This document shows positions 8,556-20,100 of a DNA stretch of 64,000 nucleotides, in pieces; position 1 is the stretch's first letter; every line of letters begins with the position of its first letter. Position numbers and translations under genes: made by a program. The stretch is from NCBI GenBank assembly GCA_902785325.1, contig CACZXZ010000006.1, positions 3,182-67,181 on the forward strand. Reading direction: 5' to 3'. This stretch comes from an uncultured Succinivibrio sp. GTDB lineage: Bacteria > Pseudomonadota > Gammaproteobacteria > Enterobacterales > Succinivibrionaceae. The notes beneath the pieces are model-generated. The model did no database searches, was not told the origin of the DNA, and saw only the letters and a program-made list of their open reading frames with translations.

Positions 8556-10475
8556 ATGCTAGAACAAGAGTTTGAAAACGCAAAAATCACTTTACTAGGA
8601 AAACTTGAAGAGTATTTAAAGAGTAAGGGCATAAATACCGAATCCTCCTTTAATTGTTTAAATCCAAATGACTATTCTCATTTACCTAGCATGAATTACA
8701 ACAAAGAGAAGCAGACTGTAGAATGTTTCAATTGCAAAGCAAGTTACAATATCTTTGATTTAATCGGTATTGATTACAATTTACCTACCTTTTTAAAGCA
8801 ATTTATCAAAGCTCATGAATTATTCTTAGGTAAAGTTCCACTAGGATACATTGATGTGATTAAACGACAGTATCCAACTCCTGAAGAGACAAATACTCCT
8901 AAAGCTCCTATTTTTGAATTTGAAAACGACAACAATATTCAGTTGCCTTTTGGTCAAAACGATTCTAATTACTACGCTAAGCCTTCTGATACGAAAATCA
9001 ATCATGACTTAAGGGAAGAAAGCTTTAATAATATTTCCCCATTTGATGAGGTAAATTCTCCAAATTTTGAGATAAATAAGCCTGCTAATACTCAAAACTT
9101 AAATTTTGGCGCTACCAACGCTGAAGAATTTAAATTACATAATCCAATTCCTAAATTTGGTCAGAAATTTAATATTCCAGCTAATAGCGTATCTCAACCA
9201 AACTTTGCAGAAAATAGCGTTAATAGTCCAAATGCAACTGACAATACTGGGTTTGAGTTATCTCGTTACATAGCTTCCTGTGCAAGAGATGTAAATAAGA
9301 CTACCTACTTTAAGGATAGAGGTTTATCTGAAGAGGTTATTTCAAGATTCAATCTAGGTTATGACGAACACTTTAGTGCTGAGATTGATAATATTTCAGG
9401 TCAAACTATCTTTTGGAAAGCTGCAATTATTCCTTATGGCAACCAAGCTTATTGCGTAAGAAATACAGACTTAAACGCTAACTCTAAAAACGAAAGATAT
9501 AAGAAAAAGGGTATCTTTGATATTTATAACATCGGAGTATTATCAGAAGAAGGCGATATCTTTGTAGCTGAAGGTGAGTTTGATGCTTTAAGTTTAGAGA
9601 CTTTAGGTTATAGAGCTTTGGCCTTAGGTGGCGTTGGCAATGTAAGATTATTAGTAGATAGAATTCAAAGCTCTAAAATCAAGCATCACTACTACATTTG
9701 TTTAGATAACGATACCGCAGGTCAAGAAGCAGCTATATCCCTATCCTCCTATTTAGAGCAACTAAATATACCTTACACTTGTATCAATGTGTCTTATCCA
9801 TACAAAGACATTAACGAATGCTTATATACCGATAGAAAATTATTAGAGGGCAGATTAAAAAATCTTAATAATTTCTTATCTTACCAATTTGAGGATATCA
9901 ACGAGAAATCTAAAGAATTTAATTTTATCAATAACTCTTTAGAACTTGATACCTTACCACTAAGCTCTGCTTTATATGGCTTTACCGCAGAGCCAAACAT
10001 CTTAAAGAGTTTTGTTTCACAAATTATTAGAGCAAAGTCTTGCTCTATTATTTATGCTGCAACTAAAGGTCAGTGCAATAACTTATCTCAGCGCATTCTT
10101 AAAAACAGCTTACAGTTTAACGCTCAAGAATGGGGATTAGTAAAGTTTCTGAATGTTAAAGAGGATTTAGTAAAAACTGTCTTTGATAGCATTGATGCTC
10201 AGATTATAAGAGGCAATACTAACTTTGTGGTGATAGCAGATTTAAGCTCTTACACAGATGAACTTGCTTGCAAAGCACTTCACGAGATCTCCTCTAACCT
10301 AGGAGAATACTGCGTACCAATAATTGCCCTTTGCAATCGTAGTATTCAAAATCTAGCAGACTCTTTATGCTTGCAAAACATCAATATCAGCATTAACCCT
10401 CGTGGCGATTTTGAATGTTCAACTCAAGATAAAAACTTTACACCGATTTCCTTTGTGAAACCAAGACTAGTTTAA
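8556..10475 (+). CDS. Zn-finger + TOPRIM primase-like protein with degenerate RecA/DnaB-like C-terminus
   Basis: CLNP..HLPSM..CFNC..IFDLI Zn-binding domain; YFKDRGLSEEVISRFNLGY; TOPRIM AEGEFDALS, LDNDTAG, YKDINE; C-terminal about 200 aa without an intact P-loop. Confidence 0.75.
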   Translation: MLEQEFENAKITLLGKLEEYLKSKGINTESSFNCLNPNDYSHLPSMNYNKEKQTVECFNCKASYNIFDLIGIDYNLPTFLKQFIKAHELFLGKVPLGYIDVIKRQYPTPEETNTPKAPIFEFENDNNIQLPFGQNDSNYYAKPSDTKINHDLREESFNNISPFDEVNSPNFEINKPANTQNLNFGATNAEEFKLHNPIPKFGQKFNIPANSVSQPNFAENSVNSPNATDNTGFELSRYIASCARDVNKTTYFKDRGLSEEVISRFNLGYDEHFSAEIDNISGQTIFWKAAIIPYGNQAYCVRNTDLNANSKNERYKKKGIFDIYNIGVLSEEGDIFVAEGEFDALSLETLGYRALALGGVGNVRLLVDRIQSSKIKHHYYICLDNDTAGQEAAISLSSYLEQLNIPYTCINVSYPYKDINECLYTDRKLLEGRLKNLNNFLSYQFEDINEKSKEFNFINNSLELDTLPLSSALYGFTAEPNILKSFVSQIIRAKSCSIIYAATKGQCNNLSQRILKNSLQFNAQEWGLVKFLNVKEDLVKTVFDSIDAQIIRGNTNFVVIADLSSYTDELACKALHEISSNLGEYCVPIIALCNRSIQNLADSLCLQNINISINPRGDFECSTQDKNFTPISFVKPRLV

Positions 10476-10476
10476 T

Positions 10477-12510
10477 ATGAGGTTGAATGACGCACAGCAG
10501 GAAGCTGTAGATTACATTTCAGGTCCTTGCCTAGTTCTAGCTGGAGCAGGATCTGGAAAGACTAGAGTTATTACCACCAAAATTGTAAGTTTGATTAAAC
10601 AGCACATGTTTGATCCAGCTTCTATTTGTGCAGTTACTTTTACTAATAAAGCAGCTGCTGAGATGAAGGATCGTGTGAAAGCACAATTAGGTGGTGAGAT
10701 TGCTTCAAAACTTTCTATCTCAACTTTCCACTCTTTAGGATTAAACATCCTTAAAGAGGAATATATAGCTTTAGGGTTAAATAAGAATTTTACCCTATTT
10801 GATCCTTATGACAGCATTAAACTAATTAGAGATATTGTCAAAGATAAATACCCACAAATTCTCATTGATGCCTCAGAAAAACAAGTAATCGAGGATATTG
10901 CAGCAGATATTAGTAATTGGAAAACCAACTTACTTAGACCTGAGGATATTCAAAATAGAACTATAAGAGTTGAAATCTACGAAGCTTATCAGTCCTATAT
11001 TCATGCATGCAACGCTGCAGATTTTGAGGATTTAATCTTTCAGACCACCTTACTTTTAAGGGATAACAAAGAAGTAAGAGACAGGTGGCAGAACAGGTTT
11101 AGATACATCTTAGTTGACGAGTATCAAGATACTAACGAGACTCAATATCAATTACTAAAATATTTAGCTGATAAACACAAGTGCTTTACGGTGGTGGGTG
11201 ATGACGATCAGTCTATCTACGCTTGGCGTGGTGCAAGACCTGAGAATATTAAGATCTTAGCCAAAGAATATCCGCAATTAAAAGTTATTAAGCTAGAGCA
11301 GAATTATCGTTCAACAGGCAGAATTCTAAATTGTGCAAATAAGTTAATTGCCCATAACGAGCATATCTTTAATAAGACTTTATTTACTAAATCAGAGCTT
11401 GGTGAAAAAATTAAAGTAATGGAGCTTAGAACTCAAGTAGATGAAGCTGAGCGCGTTGTGCAATTACTCCTAAGCCATCAATTTAGAAATAGAACAGAGT
11501 GGAAAGATTACGCTGTTTTATATAGAAGTAATTCCCAATCAAGAATTCTTGAAAAAGCTTTTAGAGAGGCTAGAATTCCTTGCTTTATCTCAGGGGGTAC
11601 TAGCTTTTTTGAACAAGCAGAAATCAAAGACATGCTAAGCTGGTGTCGAGTGATCTGCAATCCATATGACGATGTAGCCCTACTTAGAGTTATCAATATC
11701 CCAAGGCGTGGTATTGGTCATGAAACTATCAACTTTTTGTTTAGTAATGCTAAAGCACTAGGTAAATCGCTCTTTGAGTGCGCGCTCAATCCAAATATCA
11801 CTAATCAATTACAACCTAAACAGAAAAAGTCTGTTTGCGAATTTATCTTATTAGTAACTAAGTTAAGACAGCACATATTAAATCAATTTGACTTAGAACT
11901 TGCTGAAAACCTGTGCGAGCTTATAGGCTATAACTCTTATATCAAAGCTAATACTGATAGCAAAATTGCCACTGAAATTAAAATTAAGAATGTTAAAACC
12001 CTAACTACTTGGATTAGTGATCTTATTGAAGGTAAGCGCAGCGATAAAAAACATACCTTCATTGAAGCAGTGGATAAATTAGGTTTAAGGGAAATGATGG
12101 ATCGCAAAGGTGATGAACAAGAAACCGATGCTGTGCAAATGATGACCTTACACGCCTCAAAGGGTCTTGAATTTCCTTATGTATACCTAGTAGGCATGGA
12201 GGAAGGAACTCTACCTCACAAAAACTCTTTACCTACAGAAAAAGATCCTGACAATGACAACGTCGAAGAAGAGCGTCGTTTAGCTTATGTAGGTATTACA
12301 AGAGCAAGACAAGAGCTTACCTTACTACTTTCAAGAGAAGAGATGCAACGCAATGGCGTTCCTAAGGCTATCAATCCAAGTCGTTTCTTAAGAGAACTTC
12401 CTTCTGAGGATATTGAGTACTATCCACTTGGAACTAAAGTTAAAACTACTAGAGAGCAAAATATCTCAGACTTTGATGAAGCTTTAAGACAACTTGAAAA
12501 AATCTTATAG
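10477..12510 (+). CDS. rep: ATP-dependent DNA helicase Rep (SF1A)
   Basis: LAGAGSGKTRVI, VDEYQDTN, VGDDDQSIY, LEQNYRS, MTLHASKGLEFP, EEERRLAYVGITRA; 677 aa, no UvrD-type C-terminal domain; adjacent to ilvC. Confidence 0.9.
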   Translation: MRLNDAQQEAVDYISGPCLVLAGAGSGKTRVITTKIVSLIKQHMFDPASICAVTFTNKAAAEMKDRVKAQLGGEIASKLSISTFHSLGLNILKEEYIALGLNKNFTLFDPYDSIKLIRDIVKDKYPQILIDASEKQVIEDIAADISNWKTNLLRPEDIQNRTIRVEIYEAYQSYIHACNAADFEDLIFQTTLLLRDNKEVRDRWQNRFRYILVDEYQDTNETQYQLLKYLADKHKCFTVVGDDDQSIYAWRGARPENIKILAKEYPQLKVIKLEQNYRSTGRILNCANKLIAHNEHIFNKTLFTKSELGEKIKVMELRTQVDEAERVVQLLLSHQFRNRTEWKDYAVLYRSNSQSRILEKAFREARIPCFISGGTSFFEQAEIKDMLSWCRVICNPYDDVALLRVINIPRRGIGHETINFLFSNAKALGKSLFECALNPNITNQLQPKQKKSVCEFILLVTKLRQHILNQFDLELAENLCELIGYNSYIKANTDSKIATEIKIKNVKTLTTWISDLIEGKRSDKKHTFIEAVDKLGLREMMDRKGDEQETDAVQMMTLHASKGLEFPYVYLVGMEEGTLPHKNSLPTEKDPDNDNVEEERRLAYVGITRARQELTLLLSREEMQRNGVPKAINPSRFLRELPSEDIEYYPLGTKVKTTREQNISDFDEALRQLEKIL

Positions 12511-12542
12511 CTACACCTTTGTTTTAACTTTTCATGCTCAAT

Positions 12543-12576
12543 AAAAAAGCCCCTGCTTTATGGGGCAGAGGCTTTT
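12543..12576 (-). terminator. Intrinsic terminator for ilvC (likely shared with rep)
   Basis: Minus strand AAAAGCCTCTGC-cccataaa-GCAGGGGCTTTTTT. Confidence 0.75.
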
Positions 12577-12598
12577 ATAAGTCTAGTTACAACTATTA

Positions 12599-14086
12599 TT
12601 AGTTGTTACCAACTGAAACTTCCTTCATGTCAGACATGTAAGCACGTAGCTTGCGACCTACAACCTCGATTGGGTGGTTGCGGATTGCATCGTTAACCTT
12701 AATTAACTCAACGTTATCAACACAGTTGTCACCAGCTAGAGTCTCACCGAATACGTCTAACTTCTGCTTTGCCATGAAGTCCTTTAATAGAGGAATTGCA
12801 GCATTAGCAAATAGGTAGTTACCATACTCAGCAGTATCAGAAATAACTACGTTCATCTCGTATAAACGACGACGAGCAATAGTGTTAGCAATTAGAGGTA
12901 ACTCGTGTAATGACTCATAGTATGCTGACTCTGGGTAGATACCTGACTTAGTCATGGTCTCGAATGCTAACTCAATACCAGCCTTAGCAAATGCAACTAG
13001 TAAGGTGCCCTTATCGAAGTACTCTTGCTCTGTGATCTTAGTATCGCAAGCAGGAGCATTCTCAAATGCTGACTTAGCGTAATTCTCTCTCCAGGTTAAT
13101 AGGTTCTTATCGCCGTTAGCCCAGTCTTCCATCATGATACGTGAGAACTCACCGCTCTCAATGTCGTCCATGTGCTTTAAGTATAGATCTTTCATGATGG
13201 TCTTTAACTCTTCAGCTAAGTAGAAAGCCTTGATCTTAGCTGGGTTTGATAGACGATCCATCATATTGGTGATACCGCCCTGCTTTAGAGCCTCACAAAT
13301 GGTTTCCCAACCATATTGTAATAACTTACATGCATAAGCCTTATCAGCACCTAAAGCTACAGCGTGATCGTAGCATAGGATTGTAGCAGCCTGTAAAACA
13401 CCACATAGAATGGTTTGCTCGCCCATTAAGTCAGACTTAACTTCAGCTACGAATGATGAACGTAAGCAACCTGCTCTGTGACCACCAGTACCAGCAGCCC
13501 AAGCCTTTGCATATGCCCAGCCTTCGCCGTTAGGATCGTTTTCTGGGTGAACAGCTAATAGAGTTGGAACACCGAAACCACGACGATACTCTTCACGAAC
13601 TTCAGTACCAGGTGACTTAGGAGCAACCATAACAACAGTGATGTCCTTACGAACTTGCATGCCTAACTCAATCATGTTGAAACCATGTGAGTAACCTAAG
13701 CAAGCGCCAGACTTCATTAAAGGTTGTACAGCATTAACTACAGCTTCGTGTTGCTTATCTGGAGTTAAGTTGATTACTAAGTCAGCAGTTGGAATTAACT
13801 GATCATAAGTACCAACTTTGAAGCCGTTCTCGGTTGCTCTCTTGAATGAAGCTCTCTTCTCATCAATTGCTGATTGACGTAAAGCATAGCTTACATCTAG
13901 ACCTGAATCACGTAGATTTAAGCCTTGGTTTAAACCTTGAGCACCGCAACCAATGATTACAATCTTTTTACCCTTTAGGAAATTGCAACCATCAGCAAAC
14001 TCGCTACGATCCATTAGTTCACAACAGCCTAATTGTGCTAATTTTTCGCGTAAATTCAATGTATTAAAATAATTGAAATTAGCCAT
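12599..14086 (-). CDS. ilvC: Ketol-acid reductoisomerase, long (class II) form
   Basis: [52 protein letters not shown]; 495 aa. Confidence 0.97.
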   Translation of the reverse strand: MANFNYFNTLNLREKLAQLGCCELMDRSEFADGCNFLKGKKIVIIGCGAQGLNQGLNLRDSGLDVSYALRQSAIDEKRASFKRATENGFKVGTYDQLIPTADLVINLTPDKQHEAVVNAVQPLMKSGACLGYSHGFNMIELGMQVRKDITVVMVAPKSPGTEVREEYRRGFGVPTLLAVHPENDPNGEGWAYAKAWAAGTGGHRAGCLRSSFVAEVKSDLMGEQTILCGVLQAATILCYDHAVALGADKAYACKLLQYGWETICEALKQGGITNMMDRLSNPAKIKAFYLAEELKTIMKDLYLKHMDDIESGEFSRIMMEDWANGDKNLLTWRENYAKSAFENAPACDTKITEQEYFDKGTLLVAFAKAGIELAFETMTKSGIYPESAYYESLHELPLIANTIARRRLYEMNVVISDTAEYGNYLFANAAIPLLKDFMAKQKLDVFGETLAGDNCVDNVELIKVNDAIRNHPIEVVGRKLRAYMSDMKEVSVGNN

Positions 14087-14186
14087 TTTTAACCTTCAAA
14101 AATTTAAAAAATAACAAAAATGTTTTTTACCCTTGAGTAAGTGCTTTTAATAATAACAGAAATTTTATAAAATGGCACATTATTTC

Positions 14187-14215
14187 TTTTATATTGCAAT
14201 TTTTGCAATATAAAA
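14187..14215. promoter_or_regulatory. IlvY operator O1
   Basis: TTTTATATTGCAA-TTT-TTGCAATATAAAA with perfect 13-bp arms; core TTGCAAAAATTGCAA on the ilvC strand matches E. coli IlvY O1 as I recall it. Confidence 0.85.
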
Positions 14216-14236
14216 TTTTTTAAAGGACAGATTAAA

Positions 14237-15169
14237 GTGATTGATTTAAAAGATGCTGCAACCTTCTTAAGGCTATGTGAAACATCTAATTTAACTAGAA
14301 CTGCAACCTTATGTAATGTAAGTCCATCTACTTTAAGTCGAACCTTAAATAAACTTGAACGAGACTTAAACACTAAACTTTGCATTAGAGATAAAAAGGG
14401 TATCTTCATTACTCAAGCTGGTAGAAAATTTGAGGAATTTGCAAGAAAGACCTTAAATGATTTTGCAAATTTAGAAAAAGATTTAGATTCTGGCGAAGGC
14501 GCTATTGCAGGCATTATTAAAGTATTCTGCTCTGTAACTGCCTCTTATTTATTTATTCCAAGATTATTAAATGAATTGCATCTTACAGCTCCAAATTTAG
14601 AAGTTAAGTTAGAGACAGGCGATCCTGCTGATGCTTTAAATAAATTAGATGATCCACAAATAGACTTTGTGATAAGCCCTCTACCTAATGAGCTACCGGC
14701 TAATATTCAATATGTGGATTTAGTAAATTTTCCACTAATTTTAATTGCGCCTAAAAAGCCTAGATATAGTGTAACTACTGATTTTAATAATCCTGATTTA
14801 AATTCAGTGCCTTTTGTAATGCCTGAAAAAGGTCAATTAAGATATGAAGTAGAAAAGTTCTTCCAATCGCAAGAAATCTCCCCTCATATTTATTCTGAGG
14901 TAGCAGGTCACGAGGCGATTGTATCACTTACAGCTTTAGGCTTTGGAGTATCTGTAGTACCAAGATTGGTTTACGAAATTTCTCCATTTAAGAATGACGT
15001 ATTAGTAGTAAAAGAGATCCCTTGGTCTAACTTTAGAGTAGCCTTATGTAATCTAAAGAGTAGATCTAAAGATAAAACCATTAGAGTATTCCACGATTTA
15101 GCAAAGAGACTTGCTCCAAGCTTCACACCAGATTTAACTAGAAGAAGATCTGATTTAAATATTTTATAG
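14237..15169 (+). CDS. ilvY: LysR-family activator IlvY
   Basis: HTH NLTRTATLCNVSPSTLSR, FCSVTASY, LETGDPA, YSEVAGHEAIVS; divergent from ilvC; GTG start. Confidence 0.92.
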   Translation: MIDLKDAATFLRLCETSNLTRTATLCNVSPSTLSRTLNKLERDLNTKLCIRDKKGIFITQAGRKFEEFARKTLNDFANLEKDLDSGEGAIAGIIKVFCSVTASYLFIPRLLNELHLTAPNLEVKLETGDPADALNKLDDPQIDFVISPLPNELPANIQYVDLVNFPLILIAPKKPRYSVTTDFNNPDLNSVPFVMPEKGQLRYEVEKFFQSQEISPHIYSEVAGHEAIVSLTALGFGVSVVPRLVYEISPFKNDVLVVKEIPWSNFRVALCNLKSRSKDKTIRVFHDLAKRLAPSFTPDLTRRRSDLNIL

Positions 15170-15358
15170 CTTGGCGCAAAAATGACTTAAAGCTAAAAAA
15201 GTAGTATGATCTAAGGTTAAAGAATTTACGCAATCTAAGTTATTTTTTTAACTTTTATGCGTAATATTGAGCAAAATTTAATCTATTTTTGAATATTTTA
15301 AATTTAATCCTAAGATTTTCTTAATTAAGAATTTCAATAAAGTCCAGGAGTATACGGC

Positions 15359-17011
15359 ATGTTTTACGGTATTAACCCAACGCAAACTCAAGCTTGGAAG
15401 AAGTTAACTGAGCATTTTAATGCTACTAAAAATAGAACTTTAAAAGAGCTTTTTGCAAAAGATCCTAATCGCTTTGACGAGTATTCTTTAAGCATTGGTA
15501 ATGGCGACATTCTTGTTGATTATTCAAAGAACATTTTTGACAAGACCACTTTAGATCTTCTTTTAGAGTTAGCTAAAGAGACTAAGCTAGAAGACAACAT
15601 CAAAGCAATGTTTGATGGTGAAATCATCAACCGTACCGAAGGTCGTGCTGTATTACATACAGCTTTACGTAACTTCTCAGGCAATCCTGTTTACGTAGAT
15701 GGCAAGGATGTAATGCCAGGCGTTAAAGCAGTACTTGAGAAGATGAAAGTATTCTGCAACAAAGTAATTTCAGGCGAGTGGAAAGGTTATACTGGTAAAG
15801 AGATTACTGATATCGTAAACATTGGTATTGGTGGTTCTGATCTTGGTCCTGTAATGATCACTGAAGCTTTAACTCCATATCACTCAAGACTAAAGGCTCA
15901 CTTCGTATCTAACATCGATGCAACTCATATTGCTGAAGTTTGCAAGAAATGCGATCCTGAGACTACTCTATTCTTAATTGCATCAAAGACCTTTACTACT
16001 CTTGAGACCATGACAAATGCTCACACTGCTCGTGAGTGGTTCTTAAAGACTGCTAAAGACGAGAAGTTCATCGCTAAGCACTTCGTAGCTTTATCAACTA
16101 ACGAGAAAGGTTGTGTAGAGTTTGGTATCGATCCTGAGAACATGTTCGAGTTCTGGGACTGGGTAGGTGGTCGTTATTCTTCATGGTCAGCTATCGGTCT
16201 ATCAGTTGCTTTAGCTTGTGGCTTTGATAACTTTGAAGAGTTCTTAAAAGGTGGTTACGAGTATGATTGCCACTTCAAAGAGACTCCATTTGATAAGAAC
16301 GTTTCTGTAATCCTTGCCTTAATTGGTATTTGGTACAACAACTTCTACAAGTTCGAAACCGAAGCTATCTTACCTTATGATCAATACATGAGCAGATTCC
16401 CAGCTTACTTCCAACAAGGTAACATGGAATCAAATGGTAAATACGTTGACAGAAACGGTAACAAAGTTGATTACCAAACTGGTCCTATTATTTGGGGTGA
16501 GCCAGGCACTAACGGTCAGCACGCTTTCTATCAGCTAATTCACCAAGGTACTAAAGTTATTCCTTGTGATTTCATTGCTCCAGCACGTAGCCACAACCCA
16601 ATTGGCGATCACCACGTTAAGTTATTATCTAACTTCTTTGCTCAAACCGAAGCTTTAGCTTTTGGTAAGACCAAAGAGCAGGTTGTAGCTGAGTTTGAAG
16701 CTAAGGGCAAGAAAGAGAGCGAGTACAAGGATGTAGTTCCATTCAAGATCTTTGAAGGTAACAGACCTACTAACTCTATCTTAGTAAAGGAAATTACACC
16801 TCGTACTTTAGGTATGTTAGTTGCAATGTATGAGCACAAGATCTTCGTACAAGGCTCAATTCTAAACATCTATTCATTCGATCAGTTCGGTGTTGAATTA
16901 GGTAAGCAATTAGCCTTAAAGATCATTCCTGAGTTAGAGAGCAAAGACGTAATTACCTCTCACGATAGCTCAACTAATGGCTTAATTAACGCTTATAAGA
17001 AGTTAAAGTAA
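15359..17011 (+). CDS. pgi: Glucose-6-phosphate isomerase
   Basis: [47 protein letters not shown]. Confidence 0.98.
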   Translation: MFYGINPTQTQAWKKLTEHFNATKNRTLKELFAKDPNRFDEYSLSIGNGDILVDYSKNIFDKTTLDLLLELAKETKLEDNIKAMFDGEIINRTEGRAVLHTALRNFSGNPVYVDGKDVMPGVKAVLEKMKVFCNKVISGEWKGYTGKEITDIVNIGIGGSDLGPVMITEALTPYHSRLKAHFVSNIDATHIAEVCKKCDPETTLFLIASKTFTTLETMTNAHTAREWFLKTAKDEKFIAKHFVALSTNEKGCVEFGIDPENMFEFWDWVGGRYSSWSAIGLSVALACGFDNFEEFLKGGYEYDCHFKETPFDKNVSVILALIGIWYNNFYKFETEAILPYDQYMSRFPAYFQQGNMESNGKYVDRNGNKVDYQTGPIIWGEPGTNGQHAFYQLIHQGTKVIPCDFIAPARSHNPIGDHHVKLLSNFFAQTEALAFGKTKEQVVAEFEAKGKKESEYKDVVPFKIFEGNRPTNSILVKEITPRTLGMLVAMYEHKIFVQGSILNIYSFDQFGVELGKQLALKIIPELESKDVITSHDSSTNGLINAYKKLK

Positions 17012-17030
17012 GCTTTAAACTAATTTGACG

Positions 17031-17067
17031 AAAAGCTCTCCTCTTTTACAAAAAGGAGAGCTTTTTT
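17031..17067 (+). terminator. Intrinsic terminator after pgi
   Basis: AAAAGCTCTCCT...AGGAGAGCTTTTTT. Confidence 0.85.
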
Positions 17068-17114
17068 CATGTTAAAATTAGTCAAATTTTAGGTTTTGGT
17101 ACGCACTTAATCAT

Positions 17115-20100
17115 ATGAATGATAACGAATTAGATTACATACCGTTACACGTTAGATCTTGCTACTCCATTAACGATGGCTTACAAAACGTAGGTGATAT
17201 TGTAAAAAGAGCTGCTAAACTAGGTTGCCCTGCAATTGCAGTAACCGATTTTAACAACATGGCAGGTTTCGTTAGATTCTACAATGCTTGCTATGGTGCT
17301 GGTATCAAACCTATCATGGGAGCTGATCTTCAAGTAAAAGAAAACACTAAACCTGGAGATCCTGAAGTAATCTTTACCGTTACTCTATTAGCAATGAATA
17401 GAGTAGGTAAACAAAATCTCTATGATATTCTATCCGATGCTTGGCTACATACTGGAAGCCCTGATATTGCAGATGTTTGTGCTACTGTTGATGACTTATG
17501 GAAATACTCTGAAGGCATTATTTTACTAAATGGCTTTAGAGGTGATATCGCCAATTTCTTAATTACTGACGAAAAAGCTCAACTACAAGAGCGTTTAGAA
17601 AATTATAAAAAATATTATGGAGATCGTTTCTGCTTTGAAATCACTAGAACCAATCGTGAAGGTGAAGATGATTTTGAAGTAGCAGCTTTAGACATGTGTT
17701 TAAAGTATGGTTTTGCTCCAGTTGCCACCAATGACACTAGATTCTTATTAGGTCCAGATGAAGTTCCAAAAGATGGACTTACCGACTACTACGTTCACGA
17801 TATTCGTGTTTCTATTCAGCAAGGTGTACAAAAAGGTAATCGAGACAACGCTCGCCGTTATTCTCCTTACCAATATTTGCGTTCACCTCAAGAGATGCGT
17901 GAAATTTTTGCTGATATTCCAGAAGCTTTAACTAACACAAGAGCAATTGCAGCTCGTTGTAACGTAGAAATTGAGTTAGATAAACCAAGATTACCTTTGT
18001 ACGATACTGGTGATTTATCTACTGACGATTGCTTAAGATTAAAAGCACATGAAGGTCTTGAAAAGCGTTTAGAGTTCTTATTCCCTGACGAGAAAGAACG
18101 TGAGGAGAAGAGACCAATTTATGAAAAACGTCTAGATACAGAATTAGACGTTATTATTGGCATGCGTTTCCCAGGCTACTTCCTAATCGTGATGGAATTT
18201 ATTCAATGGTCTAAAGCCCATGGAGTTCCAGTAGGTCCAGGACGTGGCTCTGGTGGTGGTTCCTTAGTAGCCTATGCGCTTACTATTACCGATTTTGATC
18301 CTTTACGTTTTGACTTACTATTTGAAAGATTCTTAAATCCAGAACGTGTTTCCATGCCGGACTTCGACGTGGACTTTTGCCAGAGAAAAAGAGCCTTAAC
18401 GCTTCAACACGTGGTAGATCACTACGGTAGAAACGCAGTATCTCAAATTGCAGCTTTCGGTACACTTGCTCCTAAAGCTGCTATTCAAGGTGTGGGTAGA
18501 GCCATCGGTGTGCCACTAGGTCAAGTGCGCCGTGTAGCAAGCTTAATTCCTGATACTCCTGGTACCACCTTTAAGAGTTGCTTTGGTATTGGTAAAAAAG
18601 GTGAAAGCATAGAATCAGTTTCCCCTGATTTTTTAAATTTTTATAACCAAGCAAAAGTAAATGACGATAAAGAGTCTATTGAGCTTATTGACGTTTCTGT
18701 AAGACTTGAAGGTGTAATTAGAAGTATTGGTAAACACGCTGCTGGTGTGGTTATCTCTCCTACTAGAATTGCTGAATTCGCACCTTTAATGCTGGATTCT
18801 GATGGTAAACCTATCACTCAGTACGACAAGAAAGATGTTGAGCACGCAGGTCTAGTTAAATTCGACTTCTTAGGACTTACCACTCTTACCATCATCGATG
18901 ATGCTAAGCAGATGATTGATGAAATGCTTGCAAGAGAAGGCAAACCACCTATCAATATTGCAGCAATTCCTTATGATGATCCAGCCTCTTACAAGATGCT
19001 ACAGGAAACTGAGACTACCGCTGTATTCCAGTTAGAATCTACTGGTATGAGAAAGTTAATCGGTAAGATGCAGCCTGACCGTTTTGAAGACTTAGTAGCT
19101 TTAGTAGCTTTATATAGACCAGGACCTTTAAACTCAGGCATGGTGGATCACTTCGTTGATAGAAAACATGGTACAGAACCTGTAAGTTACCCACTACCAG
19201 AAGCTCAAGATTTAGATTTAAAACCTATTCTAGACTCCACCTACGGCGTTATCGTTTACCAAGAGCAGGTTATGCAGATTGCTCAGGTGCTAGCTGGCTA
19301 CAGTTTAGGTGGTGCGGATATTCTACGTAGAGCGATGGGTAAAAAAATCCCTGCAGAAATGGCAGCTCAACGTGACGTATTTAATAAAGGCTGTCTAAAA
19401 AATGGTAAAGATCTAAATATCATGACGCAGATCTTTGACCAAGTAGAAATGTTCGCAGCCTACGGTTTTAATAAGTCCCACTCTGCAGCTTACGCTCTTG
19501 TAGCTTGGTGGACCTTATACCTTAAAGTACACTATCCAGCTCAATTTTTAGCAGCCATGATGACCGCTGACTGTATGAAAACAGATAAGCTGATTGCTTA
19601 CATAGGTGAGTGTCACCGCTTAGGAGTTGAGGTAGATCCTCCTGATGTAAACAACGGTAAATTCTACTTTGGTGTAAATTTACAAGGTCATGTAGTCTAT
19701 GGCTTCTCTGCTATTAAAGGCGTTGGTGAAAAGCTAGTAGATCATATCGTTGAAGAAAGAGAGCAACACGGTAAATACACTGATTTCTTTGATTTTGTAT
19801 ATCGTGTAGGTACTAACTACTTATCTAAAGGTACTTTAGAAGCTCTAGTAAAAAGTGGTGCTTTAGATAGTATTGGACCTAATAGAGCTCAAATGTTTGA
19901 GTCTATTCCTACAGCAATCAAATACGCTAACCAAAAAACTGACAATTTATCCACAGGTCAATTTGATTTATTTGCAACTTTAGATGATGTCAATGTAAAA
20001 CCAAATTATGTAAATTGCAGAAATTGGTCAGATAAAGTTCGTTTATTTAAAGAAAAACAAATTCTTGGTCTGTACTTATCTGGTCACCCAATTGATCCTT

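Noticed and set aside
8556-10475. Prophage or ICE around the primase
   Set aside because: Flanked tightly by tcdA and rep; no integrase, structural or conjugation genes and no att repeats seen.
14104-14409. 101-aa minus-strand ORF
   Set aside because: It overlaps ilvY and the IlvY operator; a shadow ORF.
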